Below, piece by piece: positions 1-9,109 of a stretch of 64,000 bases of DNA. The stretch is from an uncultured Bacteroidota bacterium (GTDB lineage: Bacteria > Bacteroidota > Bacteroidia > AKYH767-A > OLB10), in contig CAINEC010000193.1 in the NCBI GenBank assembly GCA_903847585.1, positions 52,507 to 116,506 on the forward strand, given 5' to 3'. The position numbers and the translations under genes are program-made. Every line of letters starts with the position of its first letter. Positions within the stretch are counted from its first letter, which is position 1. The notes beneath the pieces were generated by a model. That model worked only from the letters and a program-made list of their open reading frames with translations. It did not search any database and was not told the DNA's origin.

Positions 1-1359
1 TTGATTTTGATTACAAGAGCTTAAAGATATCAGGCTAACTAGCATTATTGCAGTAACGTTAATTTTCTTTTTAGAAACAATTAAATAAAACACTGCTCCA
101 ACAGCTACGAATAACAAACCTAAACCACTCTCATAAGGTTTGTTCATTAATAAATAGAACATAATCCAACAATTAAATACGATATAAACTATAGGAAGTA
201 TAGGATAAAGAGGAACACGAATTGGACGTGGTACATCAGCTCGTTTCTTCCGGAGCCAAATTAAACCAGCCGCTGTAAGTGTTGTAAAAAGTGTTAACAC
301 AAAACCGATACATGTAATCACGAATTGAAAGTCGGTGGTAAGTAAAATCACAATTGCAATTAACGATTGAATAATGATTGCCCGAACAGGAACATCGTTT
401 TTTGAGAATACCGATAAATAATTTAATTCTTGAAAATCCTGAGCAACTCTACTGATCACTCTTGGGCCAACTACAACCATAGAACTAATTGTTGATACCA
501 AGAAGAAAGAAATAAGCGCACCAATAATTAAAGCTCCTCTGCTACTAAAAATATAATCTGCCACAACAAACCCAACATCTTCTTTACCTCGCATAGCATC
601 AGCCGGGGCAGACAATAGAAAAACAAAATTCATCAATACATACAAAAGCATTACTACTAATGTACCTGTTAAAATAGAACGAGGAACATTTTTTTCAGGA
701 CTTTCAATTTCATCAATCATGTAAGCAGTTGCATTCCAACCAGAGTATGCATAAGAAACATAAATCAACGACACCCAAAATGCGGCGCTGAACAATTCAG
801 TCGACATATCAGCATTCGTAATTAAAAAACTAATTTGTTTATCAGAAGAAGAAAAATAAAAACCTGCAATTATAAAAAGCGACATTAATATTAATTTTCC
901 GGCTGTAATAAATATTTGAAAATTGGCACCAATGTTCTTTTTAAATAAATGAACGATGGTAATTAAAATGATTAATGAAACCGAAAGCAAATTTGGACTA
1001 ACACCAACTGGCAATAGGTGAGAAAAATATTTTGAAAATGCATGTGCTGCTGCTGCAATAGGCGCAGAAAATCCGAGTGTAATAGAAACCCATCCCGAAA
1101 GGAATCCAACGAAACGACCGAATGCTTCAGATAAAAAATGATATTCACCACCTGAACGAGGAAAGGCCGCACTTAATTCTGCATAGCAAAATGATCCCAT
1201 TACAGCGAGCAAACCACCCACAATCCACAGTAACAATATCACGCGATAATCTGATAAACCAAAGAGTTGAAATCCAAGACTCGTGAATATTCCCACTCCT
1301 ATCATATTCGCAACGACCAAAGAAAAAGCTGCTGCGTAATTTATTTTTGATGACGACAT
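1..1359 (-). CDS. Amino acid permease, APC superfamily. The start codon is at 1359..1357 and the ORF runs off the window start, so the 3' end is truncated. It was not in the ORF track because it is incomplete.
   Basis: Hand translation of the reverse strand gives MSSSKINYAAAFSLVVANMIGVGIFTS...GGEYHFLSEAFG, about 12 hydrophobic helices over 453 aa, with no in-frame stop back to position 1. Confidence 0.65.
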   Translation of the reverse strand, partial: MSSSKINYAAAFSLVVANMIGVGIFTSLGFQLFGLSDYRVILLLWIVGGLLAVMGSFCYAELSAAFPRSGGEYHFLSEAFGRFVGFLSGWVSITLGFSAPIAAAAHAFSKYFSHLLPVGVSPNLLSVSLIILITIVHLFKKNIGANFQIFITAGKLILMSLFIIAGFYFSSSDKQISFLITNADMSTELFSAAFWVSLIYVSYAYSGWNATAYMIDEIESPEKNVPRSILTGTLVVMLLYVLMNFVFLLSAPADAMRGKEDVGFVVADYIFSSRGALIIGALISFFLVSTISSMVVVGPRVISRVAQDFQELNYLSVFSKNDVPVRAIIIQSLIAIVILLTTDFQFVITCIGFVLTLFTTLTAAGLIWLRKKRADVPRPIRVPLYPILPIVYIVFNCWIMFYLLMNKPYESGLGLLFVAVGAVFYLIVSKKKINVTAIMLVSLISLSSCNQNQ

Positions 1360-1372
1360 TTTAGCTAACTAA

Positions 1373-2089
1373 TTACTTACACTTTTTACTTATTCCATCA
1401 ACAAATGAAGGAATAAAATTTATTTTCGATGCCAGGTTACTTCCCTTAAATCCCTTGATATCAGCATAAGAAATTTTTGCATGATACTCATTTAAAAATT
1501 TAGTTGATTCAGGCAAGTATGACCAATGCCACTTTTCCTCTTGATAACCTGTCCTACCTGTTTTTTTCATATCGTCGTAAACCTGACAAAAGCCAAACTT
1601 ATGAGCATTGTTTACGAGCCAAGTATATTCTTTCAAACCTTTACCCGTTGCGAAATACGAAGGTTCTAAGCTATTAATATCGATATCCGTTCCCCAATGA
1701 TGTCTGGATGTAGACGGCATTGAACTGTATAAAAGAATCTTTTTCATGCAGGCAATACTATCACCATTCTTAAAATAATTATTCCACTTATTATCCCAAA
1801 TATTTTTTTGTTCAGAATAGCTTCGAGTACCTGAAAGTGCTTTTAAAGTAACTCCTGCTTTTGCAGCAGAATCGGCCATCGCCTTAAATTTTTCAAAAAC
1901 AGTTTTTCGCAAATAAATTTCTTTAGTCGAATAAGCAAGTGGCAGTTTAATGAAATCAGGATCGGTTTTGTAATTAAACTGACCGGTTAAACGCTCTTTA
2001 TCAGATACGGGTTTGTTGACACAAGATGATTGAATGAAAAAAGCAGTTAAGCAAACAAATAATAACAAAAATATTGATTTGAAATTCAT
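1373..2089 (-). CDS. M15 family zinc peptidase, D-Ala-D-Ala carboxypeptidase (VanY)-like; lipoprotein.
   Basis: Lipobox-type signal (FIQSSC); motifs SGTRSYSEQ, SRHHWGTDIDIN and EEKWHWSY match the LAS/M15 SxHxxGxAxD and ExxH signature. Confidence 0.6.
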   Translation of the reverse strand: MNFKSIFLLLFVCLTAFFIQSSCVNKPVSDKERLTGQFNYKTDPDFIKLPLAYSTKEIYLRKTVFEKFKAMADSAAKAGVTLKALSGTRSYSEQKNIWDNKWNNYFKNGDSIACMKKILLYSSMPSTSRHHWGTDIDINSLEPSYFATGKGLKEYTWLVNNAHKFGFCQVYDDMKKTGRTGYQEEKWHWSYLPESTKFLNEYHAKISYADIKGFKGSNLASKINFIPSFVDGISKKCK

Positions 2090-2091
2090 GA

Positions 2092-2571
2092 TTAATCGCC
2101 AATTTCTAAATCAACAAATTGCCCAAACACCCAACCAACCTTTCCTGATTCTGTCCTGACTTTATACCATCCATCTCCATTTATAAATTTCAAACGATCA
2201 GTAGTGATTGTAGCGTATCCTTTACTTTTATCGCGTTGTGTGTATGAAATTTTCACTTTGCTTCCATTTAGATGCTCTATTACCTTTACCGCTTTCCCCT
2301 CAGGAAGTTTGAAAACGTAGTTGCCATCGTAAGTATCATAAAAGCGAGTTTCGTATTTTAAAATTGCTTCATTCGTATTGTTTGTAGGATAAAACTCGTC
2401 TAAAATCTCTAATGATTCGCCTTTTTTCAAAGATGTTAATTTAGATGACGATGTAGAATGGTTAGCGCGCAAAATAATGCTACTTCCATTCGTGTAACCA
2501 TACCTACTATACTGTGCTTCAGCACAGATAGAAGTCAAAATCAGAATAAATAAAAAACTTAATATTCTCAT
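2092..2571 (-). CDS. Secreted protein with tandem bacterial SH3 (SH3b) domains. It sits 2 bp upstream of the M15 peptidase, so probably in one operon.
   Basis: Signal peptide, then two about 60-aa units with SH3b-like GW/GY cores (GYATI, GWYKVRTESGKVGWVFGQFV). Confidence 0.5.
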   Translation of the reverse strand: MRILSFLFILILTSICAEAQYSRYGYTNGSSIILRANHSTSSSKLTSLKKGESLEILDEFYPTNNTNEAILKYETRFYDTYDGNYVFKLPEGKAVKVIEHLNGSKVKISYTQRDKSKGYATITTDRLKFINGDGWYKVRTESGKVGWVFGQFVDLEIGD

Positions 2572-2770
2572 TGCTGATATTAATATTTTAAGATTTCAAA
2601 ACTAACTTTTAGCAATCATTTTAACAAATTGACCCTGTTTTTTTATTAACATCAATGTTCATTATTGTGAATTACTTTTAAAGCTAAAACAACTCTGAAA
2701 ATTCAAATAATTTCAAGTAGTAATTAATAGATTATTACCTTCGCTTTCCATTTATTTCACCCGAAGATTC

Positions 2771-3964
2771 ATGAAATCAATTTATCGCTTTATTCAAATA
2801 ACTTTCTGTTTTATAGCCTTTAGTTGCAACAATCCGACAGAAAAGAATTCGCCTACAACACAAACTACTACTGAAACTAAGCAAGATAGTTCATCAGCAC
2901 CAACTGCAGATGTTAAAACGATCAAAGTCAATATTGATTCATCCTACAACAATCTATCTCATTTAATTGCAGGATACCCTATCAACTATTACCAACCGCA
3001 GTGGGACAAAACCTTCATTGATTCGTTTAATAAAAATGTCAATCAGAAAATGGCCTCGATTGAAAACTCTCGCTTATCTAAAATTAAGAGTTGGAATGAA
3101 AACAATATAAAATCAAATGGTGCTAATGACACCAACTTTGTTTTTTATCCATTTTCTGGTGGTGATTTCATTCATATGGCTTGGCTTTATCCGAATGCGA
3201 ACGAGTACTTTATGATTGCGCGTGAATATGTAGGTGATATTCCTAATTTGTTTGCTAAAGACTCAGCTTATACTTCTCAGTATTTGAAAGACATCGAATA
3301 TGTTTTGCGCGATATTTATAACAAGAGTTATTTTATCACCAAAAACATGAGTGCCGATACCAAACACAATACTAAAGTAAATGGTATGCTTCCATTGATT
3401 TTATGGGGAGCAGTTCGAACGGGACACGATATCAGTCAGGTATCATTTGGTAAAATTGATGACGAAGGCAATTTCACCGCGGTAAACAATCATGAAAAAA
3501 GCAATATAGTTCAAGTGATATTGTGGAATAAAAAATTAAATAAACAACAAAAGGTCACTTACTTCTGCTGCGACTTAGCTAACGACGAACTAGTATCACA
3601 TCCTGGGAATATGATATTCATGGAAAAATCTATAGGAGCAAACTGTAATACTTTTATTAAATCTGCCTCTTACCTATTACACTATGGTAGTTTTACTACT
3701 ATCAGAGATTTTGTTCTATCTAAGAGTAATTACCTTGTTCAAGACGACACAGGAATTCCATACAAACATTTTAATAATGAGCAATGGAAAGTAAGTGTTT
3801 TTGGAGTTTACGAAAAACCGGTAAGAGATTTTAGTGATAATTTATATCAGGAAGATTTAGATTCAGCATATAAAACGCCATCCTATCTTGGTGATCTTAA
3901 TTTTTCATTGGGATATCACTGGGGATCCAAAAAGCAGAATCAAATTGTTGCTAAGAAGAACTGA
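2771..3964 (+). CDS. Hypothetical lipoprotein.
   Basis: N-terminal FIAFSC lipobox and a Thr/Ser-rich linker; a conserved-looking FYPFSGGDF motif; no family recognised. Confidence 0.4.
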   Translation: MKSIYRFIQITFCFIAFSCNNPTEKNSPTTQTTTETKQDSSSAPTADVKTIKVNIDSSYNNLSHLIAGYPINYYQPQWDKTFIDSFNKNVNQKMASIENSRLSKIKSWNENNIKSNGANDTNFVFYPFSGGDFIHMAWLYPNANEYFMIAREYVGDIPNLFAKDSAYTSQYLKDIEYVLRDIYNKSYFITKNMSADTKHNTKVNGMLPLILWGAVRTGHDISQVSFGKIDDEGNFTAVNNHEKSNIVQVILWNKKLNKQQKVTYFCCDLANDELVSHPGNMIFMEKSIGANCNTFIKSASYLLHYGSFTTIRDFVLSKSNYLVQDDTGIPYKHFNNEQWKVSVFGVYEKPVRDFSDNLYQEDLDSAYKTPSYLGDLNFSLGYHWGSKKQNQIVAKKN

Positions 3965-3973
3965 AAGAACCAA

Positions 3974-6900
3974 TTAGTATTTGAGTTCTTGTCCTACGTG
4001 AAGCACATTCAATCTTGAATTATTTTTCTTTCTTAGATCTGTGATGGAAATACCGAGTCTTCTACTAATACTATAAGGTGTATCACCTAATTTAACCACA
4101 TAAATACCATGACGCTTTTCCATCATCTCAGAACTCGATAATGTTAAAGAATCTTTTGGAGTAACAACTGGCTTCACAACGTGAGCTGTATCTAATTCTG
4201 TCATACAAGGACAAAGTATTTTCTTTTGACTTTGAGTAAAATCATATCCTGAAAGCGGTTTGTATTCTTTGATTCTTGTCCTCACATTATTATAGCCTTT
4301 GTAATTATTTTCTGTACACAACTCCCAATACTTTAATGCCTGAGTGGAATTGAAATCACAAAACTGCATCAATGATAAAGCAGACAACATACCTGATTGA
4401 TGCCATCCGTTCCAGCAATGTATATAAACCTTCTCCTTCTCGTTATCAATTTTATTGTTAACCCGATTCAATAAATCTGCATAAAACTCCATTAAAAAAG
4501 TATCTGATATTACTGGCCTGCAGTCATAATCTAAACCAATGCTTTTTAACGAATCTATTTTAAACGAATCATAACGTTGTGTAAAATTTTTTGAATAGAG
4601 GTAATAGATTTTATTAAATCCAGCTTCATGTAAATTATCTATTGCATAATAAGGCAAAGGATTTTGAACATAATATTTTGGAATGGAATCTTTCAAATCA
4701 AGATTGTTACCGCCACCTCTATAAAGCAAACCTGGAAATACAGCTCTTACATTGCGTGTACCTAACATAGAGGAATCACCTTTCCCTGAATTATCAATAT
4801 ATCGTTTAAGTACAGAATTCCCTTTATCACAATTCGTTTTAATTGTGTCTACATCGCTTGAATTCTTTACAGCTTTATTATCCACTTGTCCATTACATGA
4901 TGCGGCCATCATGCACAAAAATAATACGATAGGCAAATTCGTGAGTTTATTATTGCGCTTACGAATAAGGAATAACACTATCAAAATAATTAGCAAACCC
5001 GAAATAATTGATATCATATAAATAGTGCTGTTTCCAGACTTTTCTTTATTAACGGATGCGTTAAATTTTAATTGTTTAAGCTTTGATATTGAAATATTCT
5101 TGACCTTAATTTTACCATTCTCCTTTTGAATCAAATAACCTGCATGTAAAATTAACATAGAATCGCTCACAAGATAATGTAAACTATCTATCCATGTATG
5201 ATTTATCGTATCAATAAGATTAAACTGTACATCATTTAAAAAAGAACTTGATTCAAATGCTGGAACTGCTTTCAAATTCTTACTTTGAATATTCGAATTA
5301 AACAAGTTCAAGTTATTAGTAAGAATTATTGAAGAAGATGCAGGGATAACTACATTACTTAAATCAACAGCCAAACCGTTTCGATCTTCATATAACTTTA
5401 CACCCTTTAAAGAAATATCGCTAGTGTGTTTGTTAGCCAACTCAATAAATAGCAACGGCTCTTTCTTCGAATTATTGATATAGTATTTTCTAATCTCTAA
5501 ACTATCTTTTTTAGACGATGCTTTTAGATGACTAAAATTTGCAGTAAGATTTAAATTCGATAACAGCTGAACATTCCTGCTCGATGTTTTTACTCCATCA
5601 CTCCATCCATCAAATTGATATTGATGATTTGAATTCAGAGCAGATAATTCAAAAGGAATACTTCCAAAGAAATAACCATTAATTGCATTCGTATGAACAA
5701 CCGAATTATTTATAGTGAGTCCTTTGAATGAATTATTATTTTGACCAACTGTTAGTCGATAAATCGAATCAATTGAGAAAGTGATTTTCAAATCTTTAAA
5801 TAACGTTGTATCGCGAACAGAAAAATATTGCTTTAGCTCATTAAACTTTTCTGTCCAGGCTTCCATATCCTCGCCATACAAATTTTTTCTGCGATTGAAA
5901 TGACGAGGCAGCTCCCCTTTTATTTTTTCTGCACGTAAATCCAAACTACGACCAAAATAAGACGCATTCAAATAAGTCGCATTCAAGTAACAATACTGCG
6001 TTACAAATCGATTTCGCAGTGTATCATTTTTCAATAAATGTTCAAGTATTGTAGTAGTATAGCTAGGGTTATACCATAGTCGTTCTTTAGGCAAACAACG
6101 ATTCTGAATAAAATTCGATTCAGCAAATGCACATGCTTGATCAGCATCATAAACTACCCATTTCCATTTACCATCCTTATGCTTGTAAAAACGAACATTA
6201 CCACGTGAGTCGATGTTTGTTATATACGTTTCAAATATTTGATAATTGAAATAATTTTCGATGTCGATACTATCTTTTATCAAATTAATAAAATCAGGCT
6301 TATCAGAACTCTCTATGATATAAGAAACTAATGAATTGTATTCAGGACTTTCATCTCCTGAACCTTGCAATTCAATAAAATCACCTTTCTTCCAATCATA
6401 GCGGTATTTAAAATAATCGCCATTAACTTTCTCTCTCAAGTTATGTATTCCGTAATAAATACCATTGACATATAAAATCACCTGACGATAATCTTTCGTA
6501 TTTAAATCAATATCCGCTGCTACCTGACTAATTGCAATATCTTTTATTCGTGTTGCATGTTGATCATTTCCAGAAGTTCGAAGCACTACATGCTGATAAT
6601 CTCTGAAAGGTAAATTCTGGAATAGTTTTACTTTTATCTTACTGCGTTCATATTTATTATCTCTCGCCGATAACTGCAAAGACTTTTCTTTCCAACCTAA
6701 AGTCATACCTCCGTAAGTCTTAACATCAAGCGCTAATTCATCAACCAATTCATTGTAAAAATAAAACTGTGCAAAGCATGATATTGGTTTTTTATCCCAA
6801 GCCTTACCAACTACTTTTGTTTTTGCTTTTTTATTCTTTTTCTTTTCTTCTCGATTAGCAACTTCGCCATAGTAAATTCCTTCTGGTGGAAAAAACTCGA

Positions 6901-7291
6901 TTGAATCGACAATTATTGAAACAATTGGAATCTGATGAGGAGAATTAATAAAATAGGTTCCTAGGTATTTACTATCTTTTCCATTCTCACCCTTCAAAAT
7001 TATTGTTAACGAAGATGTTTCTGTGATTGTAAAATTCAAGCCCGGATACGTTTCTCCTTTTTCATTTGAAACAATTATTCTTGCATTTGATGTATCGATT
7101 CCTGTAATTGAAATTGCAACTGGAGATTTATAAAATCCTGAAAGATGATTTATCTTAAAAGTTGTAGCCTTCTCCAGACTGTAAATCATTAAGGGCTTTT
7201 TAGCTGCCGTATCTTTGACATTGGGAATATCTTGTCCGAATGCAAATTGACAAATTATAACTAAAAGAAGCACGAGTCGTTGTTTCATCAT
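3974..7291 (-). CDS. Composite ORF: signal peptide, CotH-like kinase-fold domain, TM helix, lipobox-like hydrophobic segment, dual-specificity-phosphatase-like domain (HCxxGxxQSG), and a C-terminal LysM. It may be two genes fused in frame.
   Basis: CotH-like core (VLRTSGNDQHATR, YVNGIYYGIHNLREK, NIDSRGNVRFYKHKDGKWKWVVYDAD) is paralogous to 13271..15637. A TM helix plus RKRNNK lies at about 4970..5030, followed by LPIVLFLCMMAASC. VYIHCWNGWHQSGMLSALSLM aligns with the DSP P-loop VxVHCxAGxSRSxT. The C-terminal YVVKLGDTPYSISRRLGISITDLRKKNNSRLNVLHVGQELK is a LysM. Confidence 0.55.
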   Translation of the reverse strand: MMKQRLVLLLVIICQFAFGQDIPNVKDTAAKKPLMIYSLEKATTFKINHLSGFYKSPVAISITGIDTSNARIIVSNEKGETYPGLNFTITETSSLTIILKGENGKDSKYLGTYFINSPHQIPIVSIIVDSIEFFPPEGIYYGEVANREEKKKNKKAKTKVVGKAWDKKPISCFAQFYFYNELVDELALDVKTYGGMTLGWKEKSLQLSARDNKYERSKIKVKLFQNLPFRDYQHVVLRTSGNDQHATRIKDIAISQVAADIDLNTKDYRQVILYVNGIYYGIHNLREKVNGDYFKYRYDWKKGDFIELQGSGDESPEYNSLVSYIIESSDKPDFINLIKDSIDIENYFNYQIFETYITNIDSRGNVRFYKHKDGKWKWVVYDADQACAFAESNFIQNRCLPKERLWYNPSYTTTILEHLLKNDTLRNRFVTQYCYLNATYLNASYFGRSLDLRAEKIKGELPRHFNRRKNLYGEDMEAWTEKFNELKQYFSVRDTTLFKDLKITFSIDSIYRLTVGQNNNSFKGLTINNSVVHTNAINGYFFGSIPFELSALNSNHQYQFDGWSDGVKTSSRNVQLLSNLNLTANFSHLKASSKKDSLEIRKYYINNSKKEPLLFIELANKHTSDISLKGVKLYEDRNGLAVDLSNVVIPASSSIILTNNLNLFNSNIQSKNLKAVPAFESSSFLNDVQFNLIDTINHTWIDSLHYLVSDSMLILHAGYLIQKENGKIKVKNISISKLKQLKFNASVNKEKSGNSTIYMISIISGLLIILIVLFLIRKRNNKLTNLPIVLFLCMMAASCNGQVDNKAVKNSSDVDTIKTNCDKGNSVLKRYIDNSGKGDSSMLGTRNVRAVFPGLLYRGGGNNLDLKDSIPKYYVQNPLPYYAIDNLHEAGFNKIYYLYSKNFTQRYDSFKIDSLKSIGLDYDCRPVISDTFLMEFYADLLNRVNNKIDNEKEKVYIHCWNGWHQSGMLSALSLMQFCDFNSTQALKYWELCTENNYKGYNNVRTRIKEYKPLSGYDFTQSQKKILCPCMTELDTAHVVKPVVTPKDSLTLSSSEMMEKRHGIYVVKLGDTPYSISRRLGISITDLRKKNNSRLNVLHVGQELKY

Positions 7292-7308
7292 CAGCTTGAA
7301 TACACAAT

Positions 7309-8328
7309 TTAAATCACTTTGTAACTTAAGATTATTTCAACTTCGGGACCTCTCAATATTCCTATGTGAAGTTCGCCAAGTTTTAATTGCTCCATTGTTT
7401 TTGAAAAAGTGTTTCCAGATTTATTATCGAATAATATTAAATCTTGATTATTAAGCAACACAATGGTATCATTCGACAACTGTTCAATTTCGAAATAAAG
7501 AGTTGAGGCTGCTTTTATTATTTTATTATAAGGAGCGCTATTAATTTTGAAAGATACACTCTCCATATTAAAAACAGTAGGGAGACTAAATTTAGGGTCG
7601 GTTTGTGATTTAATCAGAATACTATCCACATTGAAGCCCATTTGAAAAACAGTACTGGTTTCAAAATACATCATCTTTTTAAATTGTTCACGAGTAACTT
7701 TTTTGGGTAAAAATTGATATTTACTGCTATCTGGAAAATGATTAAACAAAAACTCTTTAGGGTTTACATCAAACCAATAAACGTTATAAATCGATTTTGA
7801 TTTAGCCTTACCATTTATATTCTCAGCATATCCACTACCCCAAGTAGGATCCATTAAATGCCATTGATCATTATACTGGACAGCATTCCAAGCATGATTA
7901 ACTCCAGTGACTGGCATACCTAATTTAAACCCGTATCCTTTGGCAAAACCATCAATCGACACACAAGGAATATTTAATTCATCACATATGGCTTTAAACA
8001 AAAAACTATAACCTGCGCATACCGCTTTACGTGATTTAAAAACTGCTTCCGCACTAGGATCATTAAAAACATGAGAATTGAAGGCATCATCATCATAAGA
8101 GATATGATGAGCCACCCAAGAATAAACTAAGCGTGATTGATAATTTTTATTATTGGTGATTTTCTGAAAGTAATTCGCCAATTTACCAATTGACTCTTCA
8201 TTCTCTACAGGAACATTTTTTCCTAAGCTATCTAATTGAGCATAGCTGTAATTTTGAGCATAGCTTAATTGAAAACTAAAGCACAATAAAATTAAAATTA
8301 TTATTCGCATACTTATTTTCTGATACAT
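7309..8328 (-). CDS. Transglutaminase-like (TGc) cysteine-protease-fold protein, secreted.
   Basis: AVCAGYSFLF ... NHAWNAVQYNDQWHLMDPTWG gives the Cys-His-Asp triad context of the transglutaminase-like superfamily; signal peptide present. Confidence 0.65.
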   Translation of the reverse strand: MYQKISMRIIILILLCFSFQLSYAQNYSYAQLDSLGKNVPVENEESIGKLANYFQKITNNKNYQSRLVYSWVAHHISYDDDAFNSHVFNDPSAEAVFKSRKAVCAGYSFLFKAICDELNIPCVSIDGFAKGYGFKLGMPVTGVNHAWNAVQYNDQWHLMDPTWGSGYAENINGKAKSKSIYNVYWFDVNPKEFLFNHFPDSSKYQFLPKKVTREQFKKMMYFETSTVFQMGFNVDSILIKSQTDPKFSLPTVFNMESVSFKINSAPYNKIIKAASTLYFEIEQLSNDTIVLLNNQDLILFDNKSGNTFSKTMEQLKLGELHIGILRGPEVEIILSYKVI

Positions 8329-9053
8329 CGGATTGAGAACCCATTTTCAAGAACAAAGTTACCAATTCCTTGCTCCATATCAGATTGGCAGTTACCAATA
8401 TAAAGTGCTTTAAGCTCCGTATTCGTAGAGTCAGTAGGTGTATTCACCCAAAAAAAAGAGCAAGCCCCTTCTGCTAAATCCCCATTGAATAAATAACCGC
8501 CTTTATTTGCTCCAAAACCAGATTGATTGTTACTTACTACTTTTCTTGAATAAAGAGATTGCTCCGCCTCATTCCAATCTTCAACACTCCAATCATATTT
8601 CGCCAATTTGGTCATTACCTTTTCTGTAAACTTTTCACGCCCCCCAAGATATGCCGCGAGCATAAGATAGTCATCAGCAATAGGTAACCGATATCCCTTG
8701 GGACATACTGAAACAGAGTCTAGCAATACATAGCCATTGTAAAGCACATCGCCATTTTTCATAACATAACAGCATGGCATCTTACGTTCGTTATACTTAT
8801 TCCAGTCTTTGATCGACTTTACTTTTTTAATCTCTCTGCCATCAGAAAAGGTAGTTGTACTAACGTTATTGGACATCCATACTTGAACACCAATTTTTAC
8901 ATGAGGCACGGAATCCAGTAATTCAACGGAATCGATTTTCGCTACCTTTTCTTGCTTAGGCTCTGTGATTAGCTCCAAATCTTTTTTCTCCACCACATCA
9001 CATGCGCAAAAACACAAGATTAAGAATCCTGACAAACGATAAATTATCTTCAT
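8313..9053 (-). CDS. FISUMP (Fibrobacter succinogenes major paralogous) domain lipoprotein. It overlaps the upstream TGc gene by 16 nt.
   Basis: VQVWMSNN ... CPKGYRLP ... FWVNT ... GFSIRCIRK matches the FISUMP pattern (WMAENL, CPxGWRLP, SVRCV); lipobox LCFCAC. Confidence 0.55.
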   Translation of the reverse strand: MKIIYRLSGFLILCFCACDVVEKKDLELITEPKQEKVAKIDSVELLDSVPHVKIGVQVWMSNNVSTTTFSDGREIKKVKSIKDWNKYNERKMPCCYVMKNGDVLYNGYVLLDSVSVCPKGYRLPIADDYLMLAAYLGGREKFTEKVMTKLAKYDWSVEDWNEAEQSLYSRKVVSNNQSGFGANKGGYLFNGDLAEGACSFFWVNTPTDSTNTELKALYIGNCQSDMEQGIGNFVLENGFSIRCIRK

Positions 9054-9109
9054 TTTAATGAATTAAAAGCCGAGGCGAAAATAGTAAAATCCTGAAACTT
9101 AGCCCTTAT

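Noticed and set aside
972-1172. 66-aa ORF on the minus strand
   Set aside because: It lies entirely inside the longer APC permease ORF (1..1359) in a different frame; spurious.
4752-5021. 89-aa plus-strand ORF
   Set aside because: It is antisense to the CotH/LysM composite ORF, has low-complexity translation and no support.
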